Shown: one piece after another, positions 52,963-61,330 of the stretch
Position numbering within the stretch: position 1 is the first letter of the stretch
Layout of the letters: each line of letters begins with the position of its first letter
Origin: an uncultured Gemmatimonadaceae bacterium
GTDB lineage: Bacteria; Gemmatimonadota; Gemmatimonadetes; Gemmatimonadales; Gemmatimonadaceae
Direction of reading: 5' to 3'
NCBI GenBank assembly: GCA_963829055.1
Contig: CAWHHI010000006.1
Coordinates: 448,001-512,000, forward strand
Length of the DNA: 64,000 nucleotides
Notes under the pieces: generated by a model
What the model was told of the DNA's origin: nothing
Databases searched by the model: none
Seen by the model: only the letters and a program-made list of their open reading frames with translations
Made by a program: the position numbers and the translations under genes

Positions 52963-55753
52963 ATGACAGCGACGAGCGATGCCGCAGCCACCGTGTATCG
53001 ACAGCCTGTCGCTGACGTTGTGGAATCGCTTGGCTCGCATCTGCAACATGGTCTGACGGAAGCGGAGGCGAGGGCCAGGCTCGAGCGGGACGGGCCTAAC
53101 GAGCTCACGGGCGAACCGCCGGTACCGGCATGGCGACGCTTCCTCGCGCAGTTCCAGGACGTGCTGGTGATCCTCCTGCTCATAGCGACCGCGGTGTCGG
53201 CTGCGCTCTGGTTTTTCGAGCGCGACACCGCGCTGCCGTACGAGGCGCTCGCCATTCTCGCTGTCGTACTGCTCAACGCGACGATGGGCTACCTCCAGGA
53301 ATCGCGTGCCGAGGCCGCTGTTGCCGCCCTGCGCGCCATGTCGGCGGCCGAGGCGACGGTCATCAGGGACGGAGAACGACAGCGCGTGCCGAGCACGCAG
53401 ATCGTCGCTGGGGACCTCGTCATCATCGAGGAGGGCGACACCATACCGGCGGATGCGCGGGTCGTCGAATCGACGGCGCTCCAGACGGCCGAGGCAGCGC
53501 TCACCGGCGAGAGCTTGCCGGTGTCCAAGGACACCGCCACCATCGCCGACGAAGTCGCGCTCGGCGACCGGCACAACATGGTGTTCAGCGGCACGGCTGT
53601 GACGTATGGCCACGGCAACGCGATCGTGACCGCGACCGGAATGCGCACCGAGATGGGGCGCATCGCGGGCATGCTCGAGGAGTCGCCGGCCGAGTCGACG
53701 CCGTTGCAGCGTGAGCTCGACCGTACGGGCAAGGTGCTGGGCATCGTCGTCATCGTGATCGCGGTCGTCATGATCGGGACGATCGTGCTCGTCGAGCACG
53801 TGCGCGATTTCTCCACGTTCGTCGATGTGCTGATCCTGGGCGTCGCGCTGGCGGTCGCGGCGGTGCCGGAAGGGCTGCCGGCGGTGGTGACGGCCGTCCT
53901 GTCGATCGGCGTCCAACGTATGGCGCGCCGGCAGGCGATCGTTAGGCATCTCGCGGCCGTCGAGACGCTCGGCTCGGCGAGCGTCATCGCATCGGACAAG
54001 ACGGGCACGCTCACGAAGAACGAGATGACCGTGCGCATCGTCGTCACGGCGAGCGGTCGCGTCACGTTCGGTGGCTCGGGCTACGCGCCGGACGGTGAGG
54101 TTCGCCGCGAAGACGGTACCGCCATCGATCCCGGACTGCGCTTCGAGCTCGAGCGCGCGCTGGCCGCGGCCGACCGTGCGAACAATGCCGTCGTGGAAGA
54201 ACGCGACGGACGCTGGACCGTACAGGGCGATCCCACCGAGGGCGCGTTGCTCGTCGCCGCGCGTAAGGCGGGTTTGGACGCTGACGCCCTCGAGGCCCGA
54301 CTCCCGCGCGTCGCGGAGGTGCCGTTCTCGTCCGAGCGAAAGCTCATGAGCACCGTGCATCGCGACGCCGAGCAACACAAGCTGATCGTCTTCGCGAAAG
54401 GGGCGCCCGACGTGTTGCTCGGCCGCTGCTCACAGGAGATCGTCGGCGAGGATCGTCGCCCGCTCACCCCCGCGCGCCGGGCCGAGATTCTCCGCGCCAA
54501 CGATTCACTTGCCGATGAGGCGCTGCGGACGCTCGCCGTCGCAGCCCACTGGCTGCCTGACGACGCAGCTTCCGCCACGCTCGACGCGCCTGATCCGAAG
54601 CTGGAACAGGACCTCGTCTTCGCCGGGTTGATCGGGATGATCGACCCGCCGCGCGCCGAGGCGAAGGAGGGTGTGGCGCGCGCGAGGGCTGCCGGTATCC
54701 GGCCCATCATGATCACGGGCGACCACCCGAGAACGGCCGGGGTCATCGCCCGCGAGCTGGGCATCGCAGCCGACGAACGTGTGGTGACCGGGGCGGATCT
54801 CGATCGACTGGACGATGACGCGCTGGCCCGAACCGTCGGCGAGGTATCGGTGTACGCGCGCGTGAATCCGGAGCACAAGCTGCGTCTCGTGAAGGCGCTG
54901 CAGCGTGGCGGCGCGATCGTAGCCATGACCGGCGATGGCGTGAATGATGCGCCCGCCCTCAAGACCGCGGACATCGGCGTGGCGATGGGAATCACAGGGA
55001 CGGACGTGTCGAAGGAAGCCGCCGACATCGTGCTCGCCGATGACAACTTCGCGTCCATCGTGGCCGCGGTCGAGGAAGGTCGCGCGATCTTCGCCAACAT
55101 CAGGAAGTTCCTGCGCTATCTGCTGTCGTCGAACATCGGTGAGGTGATGACGATGTTCTTCGGCGTGGTGTTCGCCGACCGCATCGGACTGAGCCGATCG
55201 GGCAGTGCCGTGGTGCTGCCTCTCCTGGCGACGCAGATCCTGTGGATCAACCTGGTGACTGACGGTGCGCCGGCGCTGGCGTTAGGCGTCGATCCCGCGG
55301 ACGCTGGGCTCATGGAGCAGCCACCGCGGCCCCACGGTGAAGGCGTGATCACGCCGCGCATGTGGCGGGGGATCTTTTTCATCGGGGTCATCATGGCGGC
55401 CGGCACGCTGTTCGTGCTCGACGCCGCGATGCCGGGTGGGTTCTTCGAAGGGGCTGGGGACCTGCGATACGGTCAGTCCATGGCGTTCACGACCTTGATG
55501 ATGTTCCAGCTCTTCAACACACTGAACGCGCGATCCGATGAACGCAGCGCGTTCATCGGGCTGTTCACCAATCGCTGGCTGTGGGCGGCCCTCGGCGTCT
55601 CGATCGTCCTCCAGTTCGCTGTGCTCTACGTTCCGGTGCTGCAGCAGGCGTTCGGCACGACCGGCTTGAGCGCGAGCGACTGGCTGCGGTGCGTCGCGGT
55701 GGCGAGCTCGGTGCTCTGGCTCCGGGAAGTGACGAAGCTCCTCACGCGTAGGG
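52963..55753 (+). CDS. Cation-transporting P-type ATPase (type IIA, Ca2+-ATPase-like); end approximate, reads in frame into the next gene in this sequence
   Basis: TGES, VPEGL, DKTGTLT, KGAPD, TGD, GDGVNDAPALK, QILWINLVTDG. Confidence 0.93.
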
Positions 55754-55761
55754 CTCACAGA

Positions 55762-56578
55762 ATGACCGACAGGCCGAAGCACACCAATCGAGATCGAACC
55801 GAAACCGCCCGTCAGACGCTGATCGATGCGGCAATGGTGGCGTACGAGGATGCAGGCCTGAGTGGGCTTTGCGCCGAAGGCCGCTGGGACGCTGCCGTCG
55901 ACGCCATGCGAAGCGTCGACCTGGTTGAAGGGCCGCAGTCCGATTCCGTCGCTGAGCTCATCGCGAGTCTCTCTCGAGCCGTCGCGGTCATTGCGGATGC
56001 GTCGGCACCTCCGCCCAGCGGCGGCAGCGTCGCCGCGGCAGTCGGTGCACTCGCCGCGGCGCTGACGCAGATGGTCGCCGGCCTCACGGCCGGGCGACCC
56101 CGCTATGCGCACGTCGCGGAAGAGATGCGGAGCGCGGCAGAGCGCGCCGCCAGCCTCGCCGCGGATCTCACGGAGCTCGTTAGGCAGGATGCGGTTGCGG
56201 TGGAGGCCGTGACTGCCGCCTATCGACTGCCAAAGGGAACGGACGAGAACGTCGCCGCGCGGACCGCGGCGATCGAGCAGGCAATGCACTCCGCCACCGT
56301 AGCGCCGTTCGAGATCGCGCGTGCGGCCGCTGCCGTCGCCGAGCTCGCCGCAACGGTGGCGGAGCGAGGGAATACGAACGCGGTCGCGGATGCCGCAGTC
56401 GCCGCGGTCCTCGCCGAGGCGGTGTGTCGCGCTTCAGCGCTGACCGTTCGCGTGAACGTACCCGCACTCCGCGATACGCATGCTGGCGCGCGCCTCGACC
56501 ACCGAGGCGATGGCATTCGCTGCCGCCGCCGCGGCGGCGGCAGGACGCGCCGTGACCCGCGCTGGCGAGCCCGCCTGA
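55762..56578 (+). CDS. Cyclodeaminase/cyclohydrolase (FTCD_C) family protein with a small N-terminal domain
   Basis: PPPSGGSVAAAVGALAAALTQMVAGLT, AYRLPK, GNTNAVADAAVA, VRVN; N-terminal AYEDAGLSGLCAEGRWDAAV. Confidence 0.78.
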
Positions 56579-56687
56579 CGACGGCACCGCGAGTGCGGGG
56601 CCCTCACCTTGCTGGATGCTTCGGGCGTCAGGACCGCAATGCGCTCGTCTGAAGCGCACCCGCCGATCACCGCCTGCCCGAAATCTC

Positions 56688-57980
56688 ATGCGCGCTCCGC
56701 TTCCGTTCGACCCGCACGGACACGATCTCCCGCGCCTGTCCGATCTCGCTGACCGTCTCGCGGCAGACGACGCGAGTGCCCCGCGCGATCGCGATGGCGC
56801 CACGCGTCCAGTGCTCGTGCTCAGGCCGCCGATGTTAACGACGTCGCCTGACGACGACCTGGCTGTGAGCTCGCGTCGCGTGTTTCTCGCTCGGGCGTCG
56901 ACGCTCTCGCTCGCGCTGCCCGGAATCGGCGCGGCACTCGCGGCATGCTCGCCGAGCGGCGGTGCACGTGGCGACAGCGCGCGGTCACAGGGTGGAGGCA
57001 CGGCACAACGCGCCTCTGCGGACACGCAGGATGCGCTCCGGCATCACAACTCGGACAGCAAGCTGGATACAGCCGTCGTCAAAGGCGGCCGGCCCGGAAG
57101 CTCGGCGACGGCGGGCGGAACAGGCGCCGGCTCCACTGCCACGTACCACCGGTTCGACCCCACGCTGCCGCCGCTCGCCGCTGAGCGGACCATCCGTCTC
57201 AACTGGCGGTCCATGGAGGCGCCAGTGAGGATCCGCCCGGATACGGTGGTCGCAGCCTGGACGTTCGAGGGGGATATCCCCGGGCCCATCGTACACTGTC
57301 GAGTCGGCGACACTGTCGAGTTCACGCTCACGAACGAGAGCGCGGTCCCGCACTCGATGGACTTCCACGCCGCGCAGATCGATCCGAAAGTCGCGTTTCG
57401 CTCAGTGGTGAAGGGGCAATCCGTCAGCTACACGTTCAAGCCGCGCTGGGCGGGTGCCTTCATGTATCACTGCGGGACGGCGCCGGTCCTCATGCACATT
57501 GGATCTGGCATGTTCGGCGCGCTCGTCGTGTCGCCCCGCGAACCGCTCCCGCCCGCGAAGGAATTCGTGCTCGTGCAGAACGAGTTCTACCTCAGCGAAG
57601 CGGCGAACGGTGTGCGGCCGTTCGACTACAACAAGATGTTGACGACGTTGCCCGACTACATGGCCTTCAATGGGCGGCCGAATCAGTACATCGATCAGCC
57701 GATCCACGTGAAGGTCGGCGACCGCGTTCGCTTCTGGATCGTGAACTGCGGCCCGACGCATCCCTGTGCGTTTCACGTCGTCGGTGAGCAGTTCGAGACG
57801 ATGTATCTCGGCGCGCCGCCCGGGACGCCGATTCGCGGCGTGCAAACGTGGGACGTGCCCGCGGGCGGCGGGATGTGCTTCGAGCTCATGTGCGATATCC
57901 CGGGTGAGTTTCCGTTCGTCAACCACGGTTTCGGCCACGCGCAGAAGGGCGCTATCGGCTTTCTCGTCGTCGAAGCATGA
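56688..57980 (+). CDS. nirK: Copper-containing nitrite reductase (NirK-like two-domain copper protein) with Tat-lipoprotein-like leader; start uncertain
   Basis: SRRVFL...LAAC; PHSMDFHAA, MYHCGTAPVLMHIGSGMFG, FHVVG, FVNH. Confidence 0.75.
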   Translation: MRAPLPFDPHGHDLPRLSDLADRLAADDASAPRDRDGATRPVLVLRPPMLTTSPDDDLAVSSRRVFLARASTLSLALPGIGAALAACSPSGGARGDSARSQGGGTAQRASADTQDALRHHNSDSKLDTAVVKGGRPGSSATAGGTGAGSTATYHRFDPTLPPLAAERTIRLNWRSMEAPVRIRPDTVVAAWTFEGDIPGPIVHCRVGDTVEFTLTNESAVPHSMDFHAAQIDPKVAFRSVVKGQSVSYTFKPRWAGAFMYHCGTAPVLMHIGSGMFGALVVSPREPLPPAKEFVLVQNEFYLSEAANGVRPFDYNKMLTTLPDYMAFNGRPNQYIDQPIHVKVGDRVRFWIVNCGPTHPCAFHVVGEQFETMYLGAPPGTPIRGVQTWDVPAGGGMCFELMCDIPGEFPFVNHGFGHAQKGAIGFLVVEA

Positions 57981-57992
57981 ACGCGACGAGGC

Positions 57993-59384
57993 GTGTCCAA
58001 CACCGTTAGGCGGGAGGATGCCGGCGACGGATCAGGGGTTCCGCCGCCTCATGTGAGGCCCGTACGCCGAGCGGCGGCTCACCTGGGCGAGCTCGCGGAG
58101 CGCTATGGCGCTCGCGTCGTCCGCTGGCTGGTGATCGGAATCATCCTCATCTCCGCCATCATCGGGCTGTTGTTCATCACGCGTGGTACGGCCGTCCGCC
58201 GCGTCCGCGGGGTGGGAGGCGACGGCACGCCCATCGCGGCCACCGAACCCTCGTTTCCACTCGCTATCGCGTTGCTCACCGGCACGCCGCTCGTGATGGG
58301 CAATCGCGTCGAGCTCGCGCTCAACGGTGACGGTACCTACCCGCGCCTGTGGGCGGACCTGCGCGCCGCCCAGCGGACGATCACGGTCCAGATGTACTAC
58401 GCCGGGCCGGGCCGGGTCGCCGATTCGTTAGGCGCGGTGCTCGGCGAGCGGGCTCGTGCCGGCGTCGCCGTGTACCTGCTCTACGATGCGTTCGGCTCGA
58501 ACCTGTCCGACGCCTATCTCGAGCGACTCCGGCGTGCCGGCGTTCGCGTCGAGGCGTTCCGCCCGCTCCGCTTCGAGAATCTGTGGGTCGTCCAGAACCG
58601 CTCCCACGTGCGGGGCATCGTCATCGACGGGCAGGTCGGGTGGACTGGCGGCTTCGGCATCGATGACAAGTGGCTGGGTGGCGGGCATAAGCCGGACGAG
58701 TGGCGCGAGACGAACGTCCGGTTCGAGGGGCCTGCTGTGCTTCAGCTGCAGGCCGCATTCGTCGCCGCGTGGTCGGAGGCGACGGGCGTGCTCCTCGCCG
58801 GCCGCGCGGCAGTCAACACGCACGAGGGCGGAGTGGCGAGAGCCGGGCTGCTCTACACCGCGCCCACGCTCGGGAGCACCGCGGCCGAGCGCTATCTCGC
58901 GTTATCCATCGCGACCGCGCGGGAGCGTCTCTACGTCACGAACGCCTACTTCGCACCTGACGACAACTTCATGGCGCTGCTCATGCGGGCAGCGCGTCGT
59001 GGCGTGGACGTGCGTCTGCTCGTGGGTGGGCCGCTGACCGATGTGCGCACGGCGCAGCTCGCGGCACAGGCGCGCTACGACTCACTGCTGAGCGCCGGCG
59101 TTCACATCTACGAGTATCAGCCGAGTACGCTGCACGCGAAGACGTTCGTCATCGATGGCGTCTGGGCCTCGATCGGCACGATGAACTTCGACAACCGGTC
59201 GCTCGCGCTCAACGACGAGTCCACGCTCATGGTGCTCGACTCGGTAGCGGGCAAGCGGCTGGAGGCCGTGTTCCTGGACGACCTGCGCGACTCGAAGGAG
59301 ATCGACCTGCGCACGTTCCGGCGTCGCGGCTGGATTCAGCGCGTGAAGGAGTGGGCGGCGGATCAGATCACCCGAGTGCTCTAG
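57993..59384 (+). CDS. cls: Cardiolipin synthase / phospholipase D family protein
   Basis: GNRVELALNG, SHVRGIVIDG (variant HKD1), NAYFAP, LHAKTFVIDG...GTMNFDNRS. Confidence 0.87.
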   Translation: MSNTVRREDAGDGSGVPPPHVRPVRRAAAHLGELAERYGARVVRWLVIGIILISAIIGLLFITRGTAVRRVRGVGGDGTPIAATEPSFPLAIALLTGTPLVMGNRVELALNGDGTYPRLWADLRAAQRTITVQMYYAGPGRVADSLGAVLGERARAGVAVYLLYDAFGSNLSDAYLERLRRAGVRVEAFRPLRFENLWVVQNRSHVRGIVIDGQVGWTGGFGIDDKWLGGGHKPDEWRETNVRFEGPAVLQLQAAFVAAWSEATGVLLAGRAAVNTHEGGVARAGLLYTAPTLGSTAAERYLALSIATARERLYVTNAYFAPDDNFMALLMRAARRGVDVRLLVGGPLTDVRTAQLAAQARYDSLLSAGVHIYEYQPSTLHAKTFVIDGVWASIGTMNFDNRSLALNDESTLMVLDSVAGKRLEAVFLDDLRDSKEIDLRTFRRRGWIQRVKEWAADQITRVL

Positions 59385-59589
59385 CGCAGGTCGCCGTTAC
59401 GGACTCGGCAGGTATTCGGTATCCTGCTCATCCCGCTGGGAGCGCGTGCACGGCAGCCATGGCGCGGTGCAGCGCGCCTAACGACCATTGCCGGCGTTGC
59501 GACCGGCGTCCGCATGCTGACGGCACGGAGATCGCGTTAGGCCCGGTTATCGAGATGCGAGGCGGCCGGGTCCGCCAGAGGAGGATGTG

Positions 59590-60069
59590 ATGCGACTGAC
59601 CATGCTGACCGCGATGCTCGCCCTGGTGCTCGGTGGCGGTGCGTGCCGTTCAGCCAAAAAGCCGACCACGCAACTGAACCCGGCGGAGTCCGTCCGGCGC
59701 TACGAGTGGAGAGGCTCACTGTTCACGCCGTCAGAGCTCGCTGGTGCCATGCAGGTGCGCGGCACTGGCACGTGGGCTCGTGAAGGTGATAACGCGTCGC
59801 TCGTTACCGTGACGATCTCGAACGCGACGCCGGGCGGCATTCATCCGTGGCACGTGCATCGCGGTCGATGTGGCGACAACGGGCCCATCGTCGGAGACGC
59901 CGCGGCGTACAAGCCACTGGCCGTCGACGGCAACGGCAACGCGTCATCGACCGCACGGCTGAACGTGACCTTGCCCGACAGCGGCAATTACTACGTCAAC
60001 GTCCACGCGCTGGCGACGAACATGGGCACGATCATCTCGTGCGGAAATCTTGCCCCGCCCGTGAGCTGA
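59590..60069 (+). CDS. Lipoprotein with CHRD / Cu-Zn SOD-like His motifs
   Basis: Lipobox GGAC; HPWHVHRGRCG, YYVNVH, ISCGNL. Confidence 0.65.
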   Translation: MRLTMLTAMLALVLGGGACRSAKKPTTQLNPAESVRRYEWRGSLFTPSELAGAMQVRGTGTWAREGDNASLVTVTISNATPGGIHPWHVHRGRCGDNGPIVGDAAAYKPLAVDGNGNASSTARLNVTLPDSGNYYVNVHALATNMGTIISCGNLAPPVS

Positions 60070-60096
60070 ACGCCCGGGCGGGGTGTCCCCGCCGGC

Positions 60097-60561
60097 TCAT
60101 ATCGATTTCGGCGGGGTGATGTACTCGAGCGAGTGTTTGTTGAAGTACGTCATCGTGTGTGCGCCCTGCTCGCGCAGGATCTGCGTTGCGCGGTGCTTGC
60201 GTTCATCCGTCGGCGCCATAACGACGAGGACGAATCGGTTGTCGCGCATTGCGTGCTCGTAGCGATCCTTCGTCTCCATCTCCTCGTCCGTGACCCCGAT
60301 ACGCTCGGCCAGGCGAATCAGCATTCCCGCCAGTCCGCTACGCCCGGTTGACGCGTCGAGCTCATCGGCGTTTGCGGCTCCAGTGCCGAACTGAACCTCC
60401 GAATCCATGAAGCCACCGCTCGTGAGCGCGGCGACTGCGGCCAGCGCTTGCTCGCGCGTGTCGACGACGGCGAGAAGATGGTTCGTCGGGTAACGAATCG
60501 GCTCGTTGGCGTTCGCCCGTAACTCGTTCGTAGCGTCTCGGGGTTCCGGTGCTCCGGTCAT
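60097..60561 (-). CDS. Hypothetical protein
   Basis: MTGAPEP...YPTNHLLAVVD...ILREQGAH; coherent codon usage. Confidence 0.65.
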   Translation of the reverse strand: MTGAPEPRDATNELRANANEPIRYPTNHLLAVVDTREQALAAVAALTSGGFMDSEVQFGTGAANADELDASTGRSGLAGMLIRLAERIGVTDEEMETKDRYEHAMRDNRFVLVVMAPTDERKHRATQILREQGAHTMTYFNKHSLEYITPPKSI

Positions 60562-60736
60562 TGGCGTCTCCGTCGCTCGAGGAAAGTTGTCGAAACGCAA
60601 CATACCCCCATCGCGCACCGTGTCGCGATGGCTTGCCGATCCGGGTTCTTCGGGAGACACCTCGCAGGATGCGGTCTGATGACGCGCGCAATAGAATGGT
60701 GACAACGACTTCGCGGAAATCGCTACAATGACCGAC

Positions 60737-61108
60737 ATGGGAACATTTCGCACGACGATTCTCGTCGAGAGTACCGAGCGGCGCGGCGACACGCGCACTG
60801 TCGAGGACGCATTGGTCGACACCGGAAGCGAATACACGTGGGTGCCTCGCGATGTACTCGAGTCGCTCGGCATTGGTCCCGAGCGCACGCAGCGCTTCAT
60901 CGTTGCCGATGGTCGCACGCTCGAGCGCTACATAGGGTTCGCCATCGTGCACGCCGGCGGGACGAGTGCGCCCGACCTGGTGGTGTTTGCTGAGCAGGGC
61001 GACATGATCCTGCTCGGTGCACATTCGCTCGAAGGATTGAACCTGCGAGTCGACGCGCTGCGAAAACAGCTCGTGCCCGCCGGGCCAGTTCTCGCCGGCG
61101 CCGCCTGA
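60737..61108 (+). CDS. Clan AA (retropepsin-like) aspartic protease
   Basis: ALVDTGSEYTWVP, ADGR, LLGAHSLEGLNL; TACAAT at 60724 suggests a leaderless start at 60737 (alternative start 60728). Confidence 0.85.
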   Translation: MGTFRTTILVESTERRGDTRTVEDALVDTGSEYTWVPRDVLESLGIGPERTQRFIVADGRTLERYIGFAIVHAGGTSAPDLVVFAEQGDMILLGAHSLEGLNLRVDALRKQLVPAGPVLAGAA

Positions 61109-61330
61109 ATTCGCGGGCTCGGGCGGAGTTGGGTCGGACGTCGCGCGGGGAGGATCACAACAAAGACCGTCGTCACGATCTCGACCCTCGCGCTGATGAT
61201 CGCACCCAGGTGGAACGCCTGGGTTGGTGCTCAGCGTGCATGCCCGCAGCGGGCCTTGATGCGGTTTGCGGGGCATGCGAGGTTCACCGGCGGTATCACC
61301 TCCCATCGCCCCGTCCATCTGGAGAGCCTC

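Noticed and set aside
60737..61108. Retroelement protease
   Set aside because: A stand-alone bacterial clan AA protease with no reverse transcriptase or integrase nearby.
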